Assembly: GCA_965116925.1 (NCBI GenBank)
Contig: OZ220744.1
Location: forward strand, 928,001-992,000
Reading direction: 5' to 3'
Source of the DNA: Candidatus Poribacteria bacterium
GTDB taxonomy: Bacteria > Poribacteria > WGA-4E > PCPOR2b
Length of the DNA: 64,000 nt
Both the position numbers and the translations under genes were made by a program. Below the pieces are notes generated by a model. It did no database searches, was not told the origin of the DNA, and was given only the letters and a program-made list of their open reading frames with translations. This document shows, piece after piece, positions 50,744 to 60,087 of the stretch (within the stretch, counting starts at the first letter, position 1; every line of letters begins with the position of its first letter).

Positions 50744-50963
50744 TATAGCAGATTTTAGAATTAATGGTACACGCCAAACCGGTGCGGTTTGATGAAGTTT
50801 AAGTATTTAAATCGGTAATCCCTATTTTCCTCGAAACATACGGTAGGCGCGGTTTTCAACCGCGCCGGTGTCGCTAGCAAATTACCGAATTATTTTTTTA
50901 ATTTTCATCAAACCGCACCTACCGGGGGGCGCGAGTGTTTCTTTATTTTTGGAATTCACTATA
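50744..50963 (-). mobile_element. MITE family B, copy 3 (inverted), with family A nested at 50792-50908
   Basis: Reverse complement of the B arms around a plus-oriented A element. Confidence 0.85.
50792..50908. mobile_element. MITE family A, copy 3 (117 bp)
   Basis: Near-identical to 1987-2113 and 20946-21062. Confidence 0.85.
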
Positions 50964-50979
50964 AACGTGAAACGAGCAT

Positions 50980-51008
50980 AAAAAAAGCCCGAGCATATCA
51001 CTCGGGCT
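50980..51008 (-). terminator. Rho-independent terminator
   Basis: agcccgag/ctcgggct stem with a U tail on the minus strand, just after the stop at 51029. Confidence 0.75.
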
Positions 51009-51028
51009 GTAATGAGGATTGATTCAGG

Positions 51029-52120
51029 TTATTCAGGGTAAGCCGTTGCAAGGGCTATCACTGCATACGAAGTGACAAGCACCTTATCTCGTTCCATCCA
51101 ACGACTGTTCTCGTTGACCCACCAGCCTTCAGGGTTTTGTTCATCGATCAATTTTTCGGCGAGCTCTCTGTACCAATCGTGAGAAACCCCCTTCGCATCG
51201 ACAATGGTAGATTCACCGTAAGTCTTTAGTGCCTTTGCCATTGTATGGTAATTGTAGAAGAGCCCCTGCTGCTCCATACCGTAATTTTCCTCAACTGTAA
51301 AATGTTTCATGATCCAGTCCACTGCGCTTTGTACGCGGGGATCATCTTTGTCAACATCGGCGTAGATGAAACTCAACAGTCCAGCGTAGGTCATGCTGGC
51401 ATAGGATCGGTGATCACCCGCTTTACTCTCGCCGTCAGGGGCATAGATAAAACCGCCATCGTCCCCCGCCCAATCTTGATCGTTGGTCTCACTGCGATTC
51501 TGACATCTTTCGAGGAATTTAACCGCTTTGTCCCACACCTCCGGGTCATCGGACCCGCTCTCCTTGAGCGCCTGTATAGCGAGACTCATATTAGATAGGT
51601 CGTGCACACTTTCCCGACTCCCATAACCGATCCCCCCAAAGTAGACCTCGCTTTCATCCGTCACCTGAAGACTTTTGATGAACTCCTGCGCCTTGGCAAT
51701 TGCCTCGTCATATTCCGGATTCTTTGCGGAGGAGAGTGCCATGAGCGAAACAGAGGTATTATAATTCGGCAGCGCGGGTTGCATCTCAACGTTATAGATC
51801 CCACCGTTGGGTTGCTGCATCGCCAGCAACACTTTAATGGCTTTCTGAATGAAGGGGTTATTCGCTTCCGCATACTGGTTATGTGGATGCCGCAGAAAAG
51901 CTGTGAGTGCCAATCCTGTTATACCGGGGTGATGCCTAAACAGTCCACTGTCCTCCTGCTGCATTTTCAGCCATTCCAATCCTTGATTGATTGCTGCTAG
52001 CACTCTCGGATTCAGATCTTGGTAATCAGAGCCGCCGTGGTTATGTGCATACAGGGGTTGGCTCAAGAGGATGAGCGCGAATAAAACGATTGTGTATTTG
52101 TGTCCGTTTGTCAATTTCAT
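51029..52120 (-). CDS. Exported prenyltransferase/squalene-oxidase-repeat (terpene cyclase-like alpha-alpha barrel) protein
   Basis: Signal peptide and QW-like repeats QQEDSGLF, QQPNGGI, DDGGFIY and QNPEGWW. No DXDD motif seen. Confidence 0.8.
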   Translation of the reverse strand: MKLTNGHKYTIVLFALILLSQPLYAHNHGGSDYQDLNPRVLAAINQGLEWLKMQQEDSGLFRHHPGITGLALTAFLRHPHNQYAEANNPFIQKAIKVLLAMQQPNGGIYNVEMQPALPNYNTSVSLMALSSAKNPEYDEAIAKAQEFIKSLQVTDESEVYFGGIGYGSRESVHDLSNMSLAIQALKESGSDDPEVWDKAVKFLERCQNRSETNDQDWAGDDGGFIYAPDGESKAGDHRSYASMTYAGLLSFIYADVDKDDPRVQSAVDWIMKHFTVEENYGMEQQGLFYNYHTMAKALKTYGESTIVDAKGVSHDWYRELAEKLIDEQNPEGWWVNENSRWMERDKVLVTSYAVIALATAYPE

Positions 52121-52186
52121 GTCCTATAATCTCCGTTATGTTTGAGTGACGGGTAAGCGCACCTTATATCCGCGCACCTAAATTTG

Positions 52187-52202
52187 AGCAAATCCTGTGC
52201 CA
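52187..52202 (-). promoter_or_regulatory. Sigma-54 (-24/-12) promoter
   Basis: Minus strand reads TGGCAC-AGGAT-TTGCT, an exact consensus match about 67 bp upstream of the ATG at 52120. Confidence 0.7.
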
Positions 52203-52298
52203 ATTGCTGAATACTGTATCTATTGAATTTTGCAGGGATATCCTTCGGTCTAGTGTTCAATAAATGAACGGGGGTGTTCATTAAATGGTCAAGTGTCT

Positions 52299-53336
52299 TC
52301 AGAGTTGCACTGCCTCCCCCGTTTCTGAGGAGCGCATCGCAGCGTCATAAACCTGCATCACCCGTCTGATCTCCTCAGGTTTGACAATCAGTTCCGCTCC
52401 CTTGTTCAGGACATCAGAGATATTCTGATAATAAGACTTCCACGACCCCCTGACACTCTCAACCACCAGTTCGCGCTGCTCGCCGTCCGCTTCTGTCCAA
52501 ACCTTTGCATAAGTGTCAGGATCTTCCTCTGCAGCGTCAATATTTCCTGCCACCATCGGCCTCTCCTGCGGATCTAATCCGTACTTAATTAACCCGCCGC
52601 GATCACCGAGGACGTACCAGCGCGGCTTTGGGACCTTCGCCAAGTTACCCACTTCGATCTGATAGCGGACATCGTTCTCAAATTTAATCAATAGATTCGC
52701 ATAGTTGCCGATGTCGATATCCCACCGTGCCCCGTAATGTACATCACAGAAAACAGTTTTGACCGGTGCAGAGACCAATTGCAGGGCTTGATCGACGAAG
52801 TGCGCGGGCCAATCAAAGAGGATGCCACCGCTCTGTTTCTTGACACCCCGCCACCCTCTCGGTCCCCCATATCTCATGATGCCGACCTGGAACAGATAGG
52901 GTGTGCCGAGTAGACCCTCCCCAATCACCTTCTTAACGGTCAGATAGTCCCAATCCCAGCGGCGATTGTGAAAAACGCTTAACATGACACCGTTTTGCTG
53001 ACTCGCCTCGATCATCGCATCGGCTTCGGCGACGTTCATACACATAATTTTGTCCGTGACAAGATGCTTGCCGGCGTCCATTGCCCGAATCGCGAGCTCG
53101 GCATGTGTGTCGTGCGGTGTGGCAAGGATAACCAAGTCTACGCTGTCATCCGTGATGACCTGATCAATGGTTTCATAAAGCTTAACGTCGGGGCAGGCTT
53201 GTGCGGCGGCTTGTCGTCTTTCCGGACTCCGCGTCGCAATCGCATACAGATTAAGCCCCTCCGCCAGACCGACGAGATAGGCGTGGAACGATTGCCCGGC
53301 ATAGCCGTATCCGATAACTGCTGTATTGATCATCAA
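52299..53336 (-). CDS. Gfo/Idh/MocA oxidoreductase (scyllo-inositol dehydrogenase-like)
   Basis: IGYGYAG, ATPHDTH, AGKHLVTDK, FHNRRWD and GGILFD..H. Confidence 0.9.
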   Translation of the reverse strand: MMINTAVIGYGYAGQSFHAYLVGLAEGLNLYAIATRSPERRQAAAQACPDVKLYETIDQVITDDSVDLVILATPHDTHAELAIRAMDAGKHLVTDKIMCMNVAEADAMIEASQQNGVMLSVFHNRRWDWDYLTVKKVIGEGLLGTPYLFQVGIMRYGGPRGWRGVKKQSGGILFDWPAHFVDQALQLVSAPVKTVFCDVHYGARWDIDIGNYANLLIKFENDVRYQIEVGNLAKVPKPRWYVLGDRGGLIKYGLDPQERPMVAGNIDAAEEDPDTYAKVWTEADGEQRELVVESVRGSWKSYYQNISDVLNKGAELIVKPEEIRRVMQVYDAAMRSSETGEAVQL

Positions 53337-53358
53337 ATCTCCTTCTGTGTTAGCGAAC

Positions 53359-53386
53359 GTAGGGAACGCAGATCTGCGTTCCCTAC
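53359..53386. repeat. GTAG-REP-like perfect 28-bp palindrome, family b
   Basis: gtagggaacgcagatctgcgttccctac. Confidence 0.85.
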
Positions 53387-53400
53387 CAGACCTTTGTTAA

Positions 53401-54396
53401 TTAATCCTCCCAATTCAATACCACTCCTAATAGATTCTGATCCCACTCCATCAACAGTTGATACGCCTCCGCAGCCTGAGTTCCCGCCAGCCGGTGGGTG
53501 ATCAATGGAGCAACGACGATGCGACCGTGGGCGATAAGCTGCAGCGATAGCTCCCAATCGTCACGGAGTGTCCAGAAATTCGGCGAAGATTCATGACGCG
53601 GACGCACGGAATTATGGGCACCTAACACCGTCAAGCCCTTTCCGTGGACATCACGGTAAAAGTTCACACGTTCCGTCTCTCCCCGCGTGCTGGCAAGCAG
53701 AACAACCCGCCCATGCCAATCTGCCAATTGAAAAGCAGTATTGACAACCGGTGGATGCCCCGTCGCTTCAATAACGACTGCCAAACCTTTACCGCCGGTA
53801 ATTTTGTCAAGTCGATCTCTAAAATTTTCAGCCTCTGGATCTAAGCCGTAGTCTGCCCCAACCCGTGTGGCGAGTTGTAAGCGACTGTCGGACAGATCCG
53901 CTGTTATCACAGGCAATCCACCGCTGAGTTTCGCAAGTTGCATCGCAAATAGACCAATCAAACCACCGCCCAACACAAGGGTCGGTTCCCCAAGTTCAAT
54001 TTTGGCTTTCCGAACCCCTTGCATCGCAATGGTGCACAAATTGAAGAAAACGCCTTCTTCCGAGGATAACGCTGCCTCCGTTACCTTGAGAAGACTGTCT
54101 GGTGTGGCGACAAAATGACTCGTATGACCTTTGGAGGAAACGACACGATCGCCGATCTTAAAATCGTCTACATCTCTACCACTGTCGATGACCACTCCGA
54201 TATTGCTATAGCCGGGATATGATGGATAGCGTCCCTGTGCATTGGGCAGTCCGAGCAAGAAAGCACGCTCTGTACCCGGACTGATGAGCGTACATTCGGT
54301 CGCCACCAGAATCTCGTTATCGCCAAGAGACGGGAATTCAAAATCCTCAATTTCAACCGTCGCCCGGCTGGGCCAAACAACTCTTTGTCCTTTCAT
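53401..54396 (-). CDS. Zinc-binding alcohol dehydrogenase-like (MDR family)
   Basis: ISPGTE, PGYS, GDRV, LGGGLIG, IEATG and LITHR. Confidence 0.85.
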   Translation of the reverse strand: MKGQRVVWPSRATVEIEDFEFPSLGDNEILVATECTLISPGTERAFLLGLPNAQGRYPSYPGYSNIGVVIDSGRDVDDFKIGDRVVSSKGHTSHFVATPDSLLKVTEAALSSEEGVFFNLCTIAMQGVRKAKIELGEPTLVLGGGLIGLFAMQLAKLSGGLPVITADLSDSRLQLATRVGADYGLDPEAENFRDRLDKITGGKGLAVVIEATGHPPVVNTAFQLADWHGRVVLLASTRGETERVNFYRDVHGKGLTVLGAHNSVRPRHESSPNFWTLRDDWELSLQLIAHGRIVVAPLITHRLAGTQAAEAYQLLMEWDQNLLGVVLNWED

Positions 54397-54749
54397 GCGT
54401 TCCTCCTCAGTGGGCGGAAAAAAGTTTTCCTACTCATACGATCTCTCTGCGTTCTCCGTGTCTCTGCGGCAAGAGCCTGTAACGATTTATTTAAAAAAAG
54501 TAACGTGATAAGGACTTATGTGCTGTTCAGTATACAACATGCCCAACTTAAGATCTATGATAAAATGGTGGATATATTTCAGCGGGTGAAGTTGCAAATT
54601 ATTTCTGAGCTGCACGATTTAGATTGAATGGATTGGCAAGAAACACTATAATATGTAAGCTGCTACCTATCCTAGAGAAATCGAGTTTTTTCGTTTCCCT
54701 ATAGCAGAAGTAATGTGCATTATACCCTACAAGAAACTTGGAGGCGTTG

Positions 54750-57068
54750 ATGGTCAAATTTTTATTGGCATTAGTTGTAGTATGCACCCTTGCGTTGCCC
54801 CTGAGCACGATCTACCCGGCAGCGGATCCAATCCTCAGAAAGATCTCAGCCGTTGAAACCGATTCGCCACCAAAAATTGATGGAAAACTAGACGATCCGT
54901 GTTGGCAAAAAGCGGCACAGGCCGGCGACTTTATTCAATTTGAACCGAATTCTGGCGAACCTGCTAGCCATAAAACGAAAGTTTACCTGCTCTATGATCA
55001 GAATCGGTTGTATGTCGGTTTTGAGTGTTTCAAGAGCGACATGAACGTCCTCGCCGCAAATTCTGTCCAGCGAGACTCTTTTTTCTTCGCTGATGACCAT
55101 GTTGAAGTCTTGCTTGACACCTATCTAGATCAACGCAACTGCTACGCTTTCGCATTAAACGCCCTTAGTACGCAGACAGACCGACGGATAACAAACGAGG
55201 GCGGAAATGTGAGACGAAACAGCTCTAATGTCGGTTCCGCTATCTCTTGGGACTGTGATTGGTCGGGGCACTCGACGATATATGATGACCGATGGACCGC
55301 GGAATTTTCCATCCCGTTTGCGGAACTCCGTTTTCCGAAGAAAAACCCTCATGCGGTTTGGGGAATCAATTTTTGGCGGAACGATGAATCTCAGCAGGAA
55401 GAGTTGTCGTGGGTAGAACTTGGGGGCCGGCAGTACGCCGTTTCACAGTTTGGACATCTAACCGACTTGCCGTTGGATCGACTCGTTACAAAGCGTCCGT
55501 TAGAGGTTAAACCGTACGGCACCCTAAAGCCGGAGAAAATTGGCGATCAGGACCCCGAATTGAATACCGCTGCGGGCATTGATGTCCGGTATCCCTTCTC
55601 AAGCGTGACTGTCGACTTCACCCTCAATCCTGACTTCGCACAAATCGAGGCGGATCCGGACTTAGTCAACCTATCAGACATCCCGCTCCGTTTTCCAGAG
55701 AAGCGCCCCTTCTTCTTAGAAGGGAACGAGCTCTTCCAGACGCCGGTTGAGTTGTTTTATAGTCGTCGAGTCGAAGATCTTATGTATGGCGGGAAGGTGA
55801 TTGGAAAACTGAGTGATTACAATTTCGCCTTCCTGAACGCACAGGCGGGCCCGGAAACCACAGCGTTCAAGACAGATTCACGGTTCAGCAAGTATCTTGA
55901 TCGAGAAATCCTCACGCGGGATTTGCGCGAGACCTTTGATAGGAATGACATCTCGCTTTCTGATATGGCTTCCGTTGCTGTCAAAGATAAAGAGGGCAAA
56001 TGGCTGATAACAGATGCGACAGAAGATAAACAGTACACCATCATGGAGCAGGGGGATCGGCTAAACGTTTACGAAATGGACACAGATCGGTTACCGGCTG
56101 ATGAATACAACTATTCCGTCTTTCGTGTACAACGGGAACTCGGTAGGAACTCGTCGATCGGTTTCTTGGGGGTAAACAAACAGGGGCAGAGTCTATATGA
56201 CCGGGCATCGGGAATTGATGCCCGTTTTCGGCTGCCCGCCGATGTCAATCTCAATCTTGAATACGCCAGAGAGTGGAGGGCGGGGCTTGAGGGCCATGAC
56301 CCCATCAGCGATGATATTATCTTTGCCGAATTTTCACGGAGAGCGAATGTTTTTTCGTTTGAGGCACGATATATTGACATCGGAGAAAATTTTGATGTCG
56401 AGACCGGTTTTATTCCGAGGACGGATCGACGAGGGCTCGAGTTTACTACTCGGTACAATAAGCAGTACGCAGGGTTGGTACAACGCCTGCGCGGCGAGGG
56501 CGTGGTTGACCGCTTATATAACCATGCAGGTGAACTGACCAACGAACGCTATCAGATTCGTGGGTTGATCGGGGTTAAGAATATCTTCCTTTTCACCGGT
56601 CCAGAATGGTACTATCACGTGGATGATGACGGTGTGGCTTACACGGATAGAGTGCTGAATTTCTTCACCGGCTGGTTTCCACCCAAGTGGGTGAGAGTTC
56701 GGAATTTTGGAACGGTCGGCATCCGAGATGATAAAGATACTTTCTTCATTCGACCAGAAATAACATTCCGTCCAACAGCGAAGCTAGACCTGGAACTGAC
56801 CCTGCAGCGTTTAGTGGAAGATGGCGTTCTGGAGCAGTGGACGCGCCGTTTTGCTATCAACTATCAGTTCGCACAGCGGATGTTCTTCCGCTCTAGTGCA
56901 GAGTTCACGATTGATGACGAGCGACGGATTTTCGGGTTGTTTGCCTACGAATATCTGCCTGAAAGCACATTCTTTCTGGTCTACAATAATAACCGCGAAA
57001 AGGACGGTGACACGGAACAGATTGTCTTTGTGAAGTTGGCACACCTATTAAAAGTTGGACTGTTTTAG
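54750..57068 (+). CDS. CBM9-like / DUF5916 outer-membrane protein with a candidate inserted ~70-aa module
   Basis: Signal peptide, PKIDGKLDDPCW, WTAEFSIPF, NPDFAQIEAD, FPEKRPFFLEG and beta-strand-rich C-terminus. Confidence 0.8.
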   Translation: MVKFLLALVVVCTLALPLSTIYPAADPILRKISAVETDSPPKIDGKLDDPCWQKAAQAGDFIQFEPNSGEPASHKTKVYLLYDQNRLYVGFECFKSDMNVLAANSVQRDSFFFADDHVEVLLDTYLDQRNCYAFALNALSTQTDRRITNEGGNVRRNSSNVGSAISWDCDWSGHSTIYDDRWTAEFSIPFAELRFPKKNPHAVWGINFWRNDESQQEELSWVELGGRQYAVSQFGHLTDLPLDRLVTKRPLEVKPYGTLKPEKIGDQDPELNTAAGIDVRYPFSSVTVDFTLNPDFAQIEADPDLVNLSDIPLRFPEKRPFFLEGNELFQTPVELFYSRRVEDLMYGGKVIGKLSDYNFAFLNAQAGPETTAFKTDSRFSKYLDREILTRDLRETFDRNDISLSDMASVAVKDKEGKWLITDATEDKQYTIMEQGDRLNVYEMDTDRLPADEYNYSVFRVQRELGRNSSIGFLGVNKQGQSLYDRASGIDARFRLPADVNLNLEYAREWRAGLEGHDPISDDIIFAEFSRRANVFSFEARYIDIGENFDVETGFIPRTDRRGLEFTTRYNKQYAGLVQRLRGEGVVDRLYNHAGELTNERYQIRGLIGVKNIFLFTGPEWYYHVDDDGVAYTDRVLNFFTGWFPPKWVRVRNFGTVGIRDDKDTFFIRPEITFRPTAKLDLELTLQRLVEDGVLEQWTRRFAINYQFAQRMFFRSSAEFTIDDERRIFGLFAYEYLPESTFFLVYNNNREKDGDTEQIVFVKLAHLLKVGLF

Positions 57069-57121
57069 AATATCATAGGGGCGCGGTAGAATCTCAACTT
57101 GGTTGGAAGGAGTTGATCGCG

Positions 57122-57668
57122 ATGCAATCGCAAGAAAGAATCACAGGAGAACAACTGCTTGAGATGTCCTCCAAGCTGATTGGGCATGTCGAATTGGTAA
57201 AGGGAGGAATTATACAGACGGGCCCAGCAGGAGATATTCATGGCGAGTTGGCAATGATTCTTGGATCGTTGCTGCAAATATATGTTAAACAGAATGACCT
57301 CGGCAAGGTATATGCAGCAGAAACAGGATTTTACACCGCGTGAAATCCGGATACGGTCCGCGCTGCCGATGCAGCTTTCATTGCAAAACATAGGCTGCCT
57401 GAGAGCCCTTCTGACGGTTATCTGGAAATCGTCCCTGATCTGATGGTCGAAGTGGTCTCGCCATACGATCGACCGAGAGAAATCCTCGAAAAGGTCAATG
57501 AGTGCTTGGAGGCCGGTGTGAAGTATCTGGGTAGTCTATCCAAAATCTCGTCAGATTTACGTTTATAAATCTGATTCTTCCGTTGAAGTCCTCTCCGGAG
57601 AGGATACCTTGATTGGTGACGGTGTAATTCCGGGTTTTCAGTGCCCCGTTACCGAGCTCTTTGAATGA
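57122..57668 (+). pseudogene. Uma2-family (putative restriction endonuclease) pseudogene
   Basis: ELVKG, H...A, ETGF, PDTVRAADAAF, PDLMVEVVSP, WVVYP and PGFQCPV. In-frame TGA at 57341 and a frameshift near 57525. Confidence 0.85.
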
Positions 57669-57699
57669 CAAACCAAATTTTTAAGGAGGCAACAAGCCT

Positions 57700-57933
57700 A
57701 TGGATGCGAAGTTAAAAAAGATTCAGGTTACCCCTGTGAAATTCAACAAGGATGGCGATGTACAGAAAGAGGAGTTCGCGACGCTCACCTTTGAGGTGCC
57801 GCTCGATAGTCTCACACAGCGGCAGGAGGTCATGAGCCTATTTGAGACCCTCAGTCGCGAATGGGTGAGGATCGAAGTTGAAGGAGAGTCAATCCCAACG
57901 GACGAAAGTTCCCAGCTTGGAGCTGCTGTATGA
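57700..57933 (+). CDS. Hypothetical small protein
   Basis: RBS AAGGAGG and ATGA overlap with ogt. Confidence 0.65.
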   Translation: MDAKLKKIQVTPVKFNKDGDVQKEEFATLTFEVPLDSLTQRQEVMSLFETLSREWVRIEVEGESIPTDESSQLGAAV

Positions 57934-58463
57934 ACATAACCAATTACACCTGCTTTGAATCATTATTTGGCTGGGTCGGTATTGCGAAATCGGATCAAGG
58001 CCTCACTCGCGTTACCTTTGGCGCACCGACGGATGTAGCCATAAAAGATCGCTTGCGTAACGGTTCACACGGTAAACGGGGTTTATATCCGCTGACCCGC
58101 AACGCGCTGGATCCGGAACTACTGGAAGCAGCAGAGTTACTGACAAAATATTTCAATGGCGTGCCGGTTGATTTTGATATTAAGCTTGATCTAAGTGCTG
58201 GAACGTCGTTTCAGCAGCGCGTTTGGAAGACTGCCTTTCGGATCCCTTATGGCGCGGTCCAAAGCTACGGTTGGATTGCAAAGGAGATCGGTAATCCGAA
58301 CGCGATGCGAGCCGTTGGCGGAGCGATGGGAGCGAATCCGTTAGCGATTATCGTGCCGTGCCACCGTGTCGTCCGTAGCGACGGAGGGCTCGGCGGTTAT
58401 GCGGGCGGGTTGCACTGGAAACGGAAATTGCTTGCTATGGAGCGAAAAATCGAAGGGGTTTGA
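57930..58463 (+). CDS. ogt: Methylated-DNA--protein-cysteine methyltransferase
   Basis: GTSFQQRVW, IPYG, RAVGGA, NP..IIVPCHRV and GGYAGG. Confidence 0.92.
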   Translation: MNITNYTCFESLFGWVGIAKSDQGLTRVTFGAPTDVAIKDRLRNGSHGKRGLYPLTRNALDPELLEAAELLTKYFNGVPVDFDIKLDLSAGTSFQQRVWKTAFRIPYGAVQSYGWIAKEIGNPNAMRAVGGAMGANPLAIIVPCHRVVRSDGGLGGYAGGLHWKRKLLAMERKIEGV

Positions 58464-58469
58464 ACACTC

Positions 58470-58634
58470 TAGGACTTACGCAGTTGGTTCATAAGTCCTC
58501 CTGAACCTCTCTGATAAGAGGGGAAAGACAAGGGAGAAGATCCCTCTTATCTTCTCCCTTGTCAGGGGAGTTGGGGGATTTAGGGGGTTAAAAATAAAAA
58601 ACTCGCGCTGCGTGCTAAATTTGCGTAAGTCCTG
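58470..58634. mobile_element. MITE family C, copy 2, with an extra hairpin in its interior
   Basis: taggacttacgca...tgcgtaagtcctg, with extra gacaagggagaagat/atcttctcccttgtc stem compared with 43501-43601. Confidence 0.8.
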
Positions 58635-58752
58635 TGCTCCAGAAAATTGAGAATCGATAGGACGGAAGCAGACGTTTTAACAGTAGATGTGCTGATGGCG
58701 AGCGACATCGCCGGGATTTGTGTCGTAATTATTGTAAGGAGAGATTACGTTA

Positions 58753-59418
58753 GTGAGACATTACACCAAAATATTAATTGGGGAGAACAAAAGACGGTTA
58801 AATAAACTGAGGGAATTCCGTTCCCTTATGATTCGCTATTTCAATAACAGCCGGGTAGGTTTCGGGGGTGGCAGAGTCGAAGAAAGTGCTGCAAAAGAGG
58901 CTAGACGCGAAATCAATCGACTCAAAGATGAAATACATTCCATAATTCTTAATTCAGGAATAGATCCAGGTTTTTCTTGGACCCCACCGTCAGCCGTTGG
59001 AGGTGATGAAACGAGGATCGATCTAATTGAAGATATTTTTAATCTTGATCAATTTGATATAGGTCCTAACAATCTGCTGGCTTGCATAGATGGAGCTATT
59101 GAAAAATATGACTCTAGTCACAAATCAGCATTTGTCAGAACGTTCAATCCATTCTTCTACCTAGGGCGGGTGCTTGATGCAATTACGGATCTGCCGTTTA
59201 TTATCATTGGAATACTTGGCTTTAACCGACAAAAGATAAAAACGTCAGCAGTAGGCAGGCTAGTTAAGGGGACTCTTTATCTGATTATAATCGTAGCCGT
59301 ACTTTTGACAATACTGCATCTTTTGGATTTTTTGGAACCGATTAAACAGTTTGTGCATAAATTGTTGGCTGTAATAAAGGAAATTAACTCGATGTTTGAT
59401 TTCGACGATGTCAAATAA
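58753..59418 (+). CDS. Hypothetical protein with C-terminal TM helices, AT-rich
   Basis: 221-aa ORF with GTG start after AAGGAG. Confidence 0.6.
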   Translation: MRHYTKILIGENKRRLNKLREFRSLMIRYFNNSRVGFGGGRVEESAAKEARREINRLKDEIHSIILNSGIDPGFSWTPPSAVGGDETRIDLIEDIFNLDQFDIGPNNLLACIDGAIEKYDSSHKSAFVRTFNPFFYLGRVLDAITDLPFIIIGILGFNRQKIKTSAVGRLVKGTLYLIIIVAVLLTILHLLDFLEPIKQFVHKLLAVIKEINSMFDFDDVK

Positions 59419-59587
59419 CAATAGCTCCAAATCCTGTAGACAGTCGTTGAATATTTATAGCGCGTGCCGAGTGGACGATGGAGATAGCCATGGATCCGGG
59501 CAAACAAATAGCTATTGACGATCTGGAAAATGAGACGCAGGAGGTAACCGGATGAACATCGCTTAAATAAATAAGGAGATTCGTACC

Positions 59588-60049
59588 ATGCAAGAAAACA
59601 AAGAACCGATCCAACCACAAATTATACAACAGTTCAGCAAATACCTTGAAAACAATGCACTGCGTCTCACGTCGGAGCGGCGCAACATCCTTGAACAGGT
59701 CTTCGCTTACGACGATCACTTCCGCGCAGATGACCTGTTGATACGCATGCGCCAAAACGGATATACTGCTTCGCGTGCGACGATCTATCGGACGCTACCG
59801 CTTCTAGTCAAAAGTGGGCTGCTGACGGAGGTGATCGATGCACAGAAACAGTCCCATTATGAACATATCCATTCTCGCCAAGAGCATGCCCACCTAATTT
59901 GCCTGCGGTGTAGTAGCATCATTGAGTTTGAAAGTCCGGAGATCGACGCGCTCCAAGAAGAGGTTTGCAAAACGCACCAGTTCAAGCCAGTGAAATATAG
60001 AAATGAAATCTTGGGATACTGTGTCGAGTGCCAAAAAGATGGCATCTGA
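59588..60049 (+). CDS. Fur-family transcriptional regulator
   Basis: LRLTSERRNIL, SRATIYRTL, HAHLICLRC and GYCVEC. Confidence 0.9.
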   Translation: MQENKEPIQPQIIQQFSKYLENNALRLTSERRNILEQVFAYDDHFRADDLLIRMRQNGYTASRATIYRTLPLLVKSGLLTEVIDAQKQSHYEHIHSRQEHAHLICLRCSSIIEFESPEIDALQEEVCKTHQFKPVKYRNEILGYCVECQKDGI

Positions 60050-60087
60050 TCTATTATCCAATCCCTTTTTTCGGAGGAAATATTACA

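Noticed and set aside
51029..52120. True squalene-hopene cyclase
   Set aside because: It is about half the expected length, lacks DXDD and has a signal peptide.
57341..57343. Selenocysteine or readthrough at the in-frame TGA of the Uma2 gene
   Set aside because: A simple CGA-to-TGA change explains it, and a second lesion (frameshift near 57525) indicates ordinary pseudogenisation.
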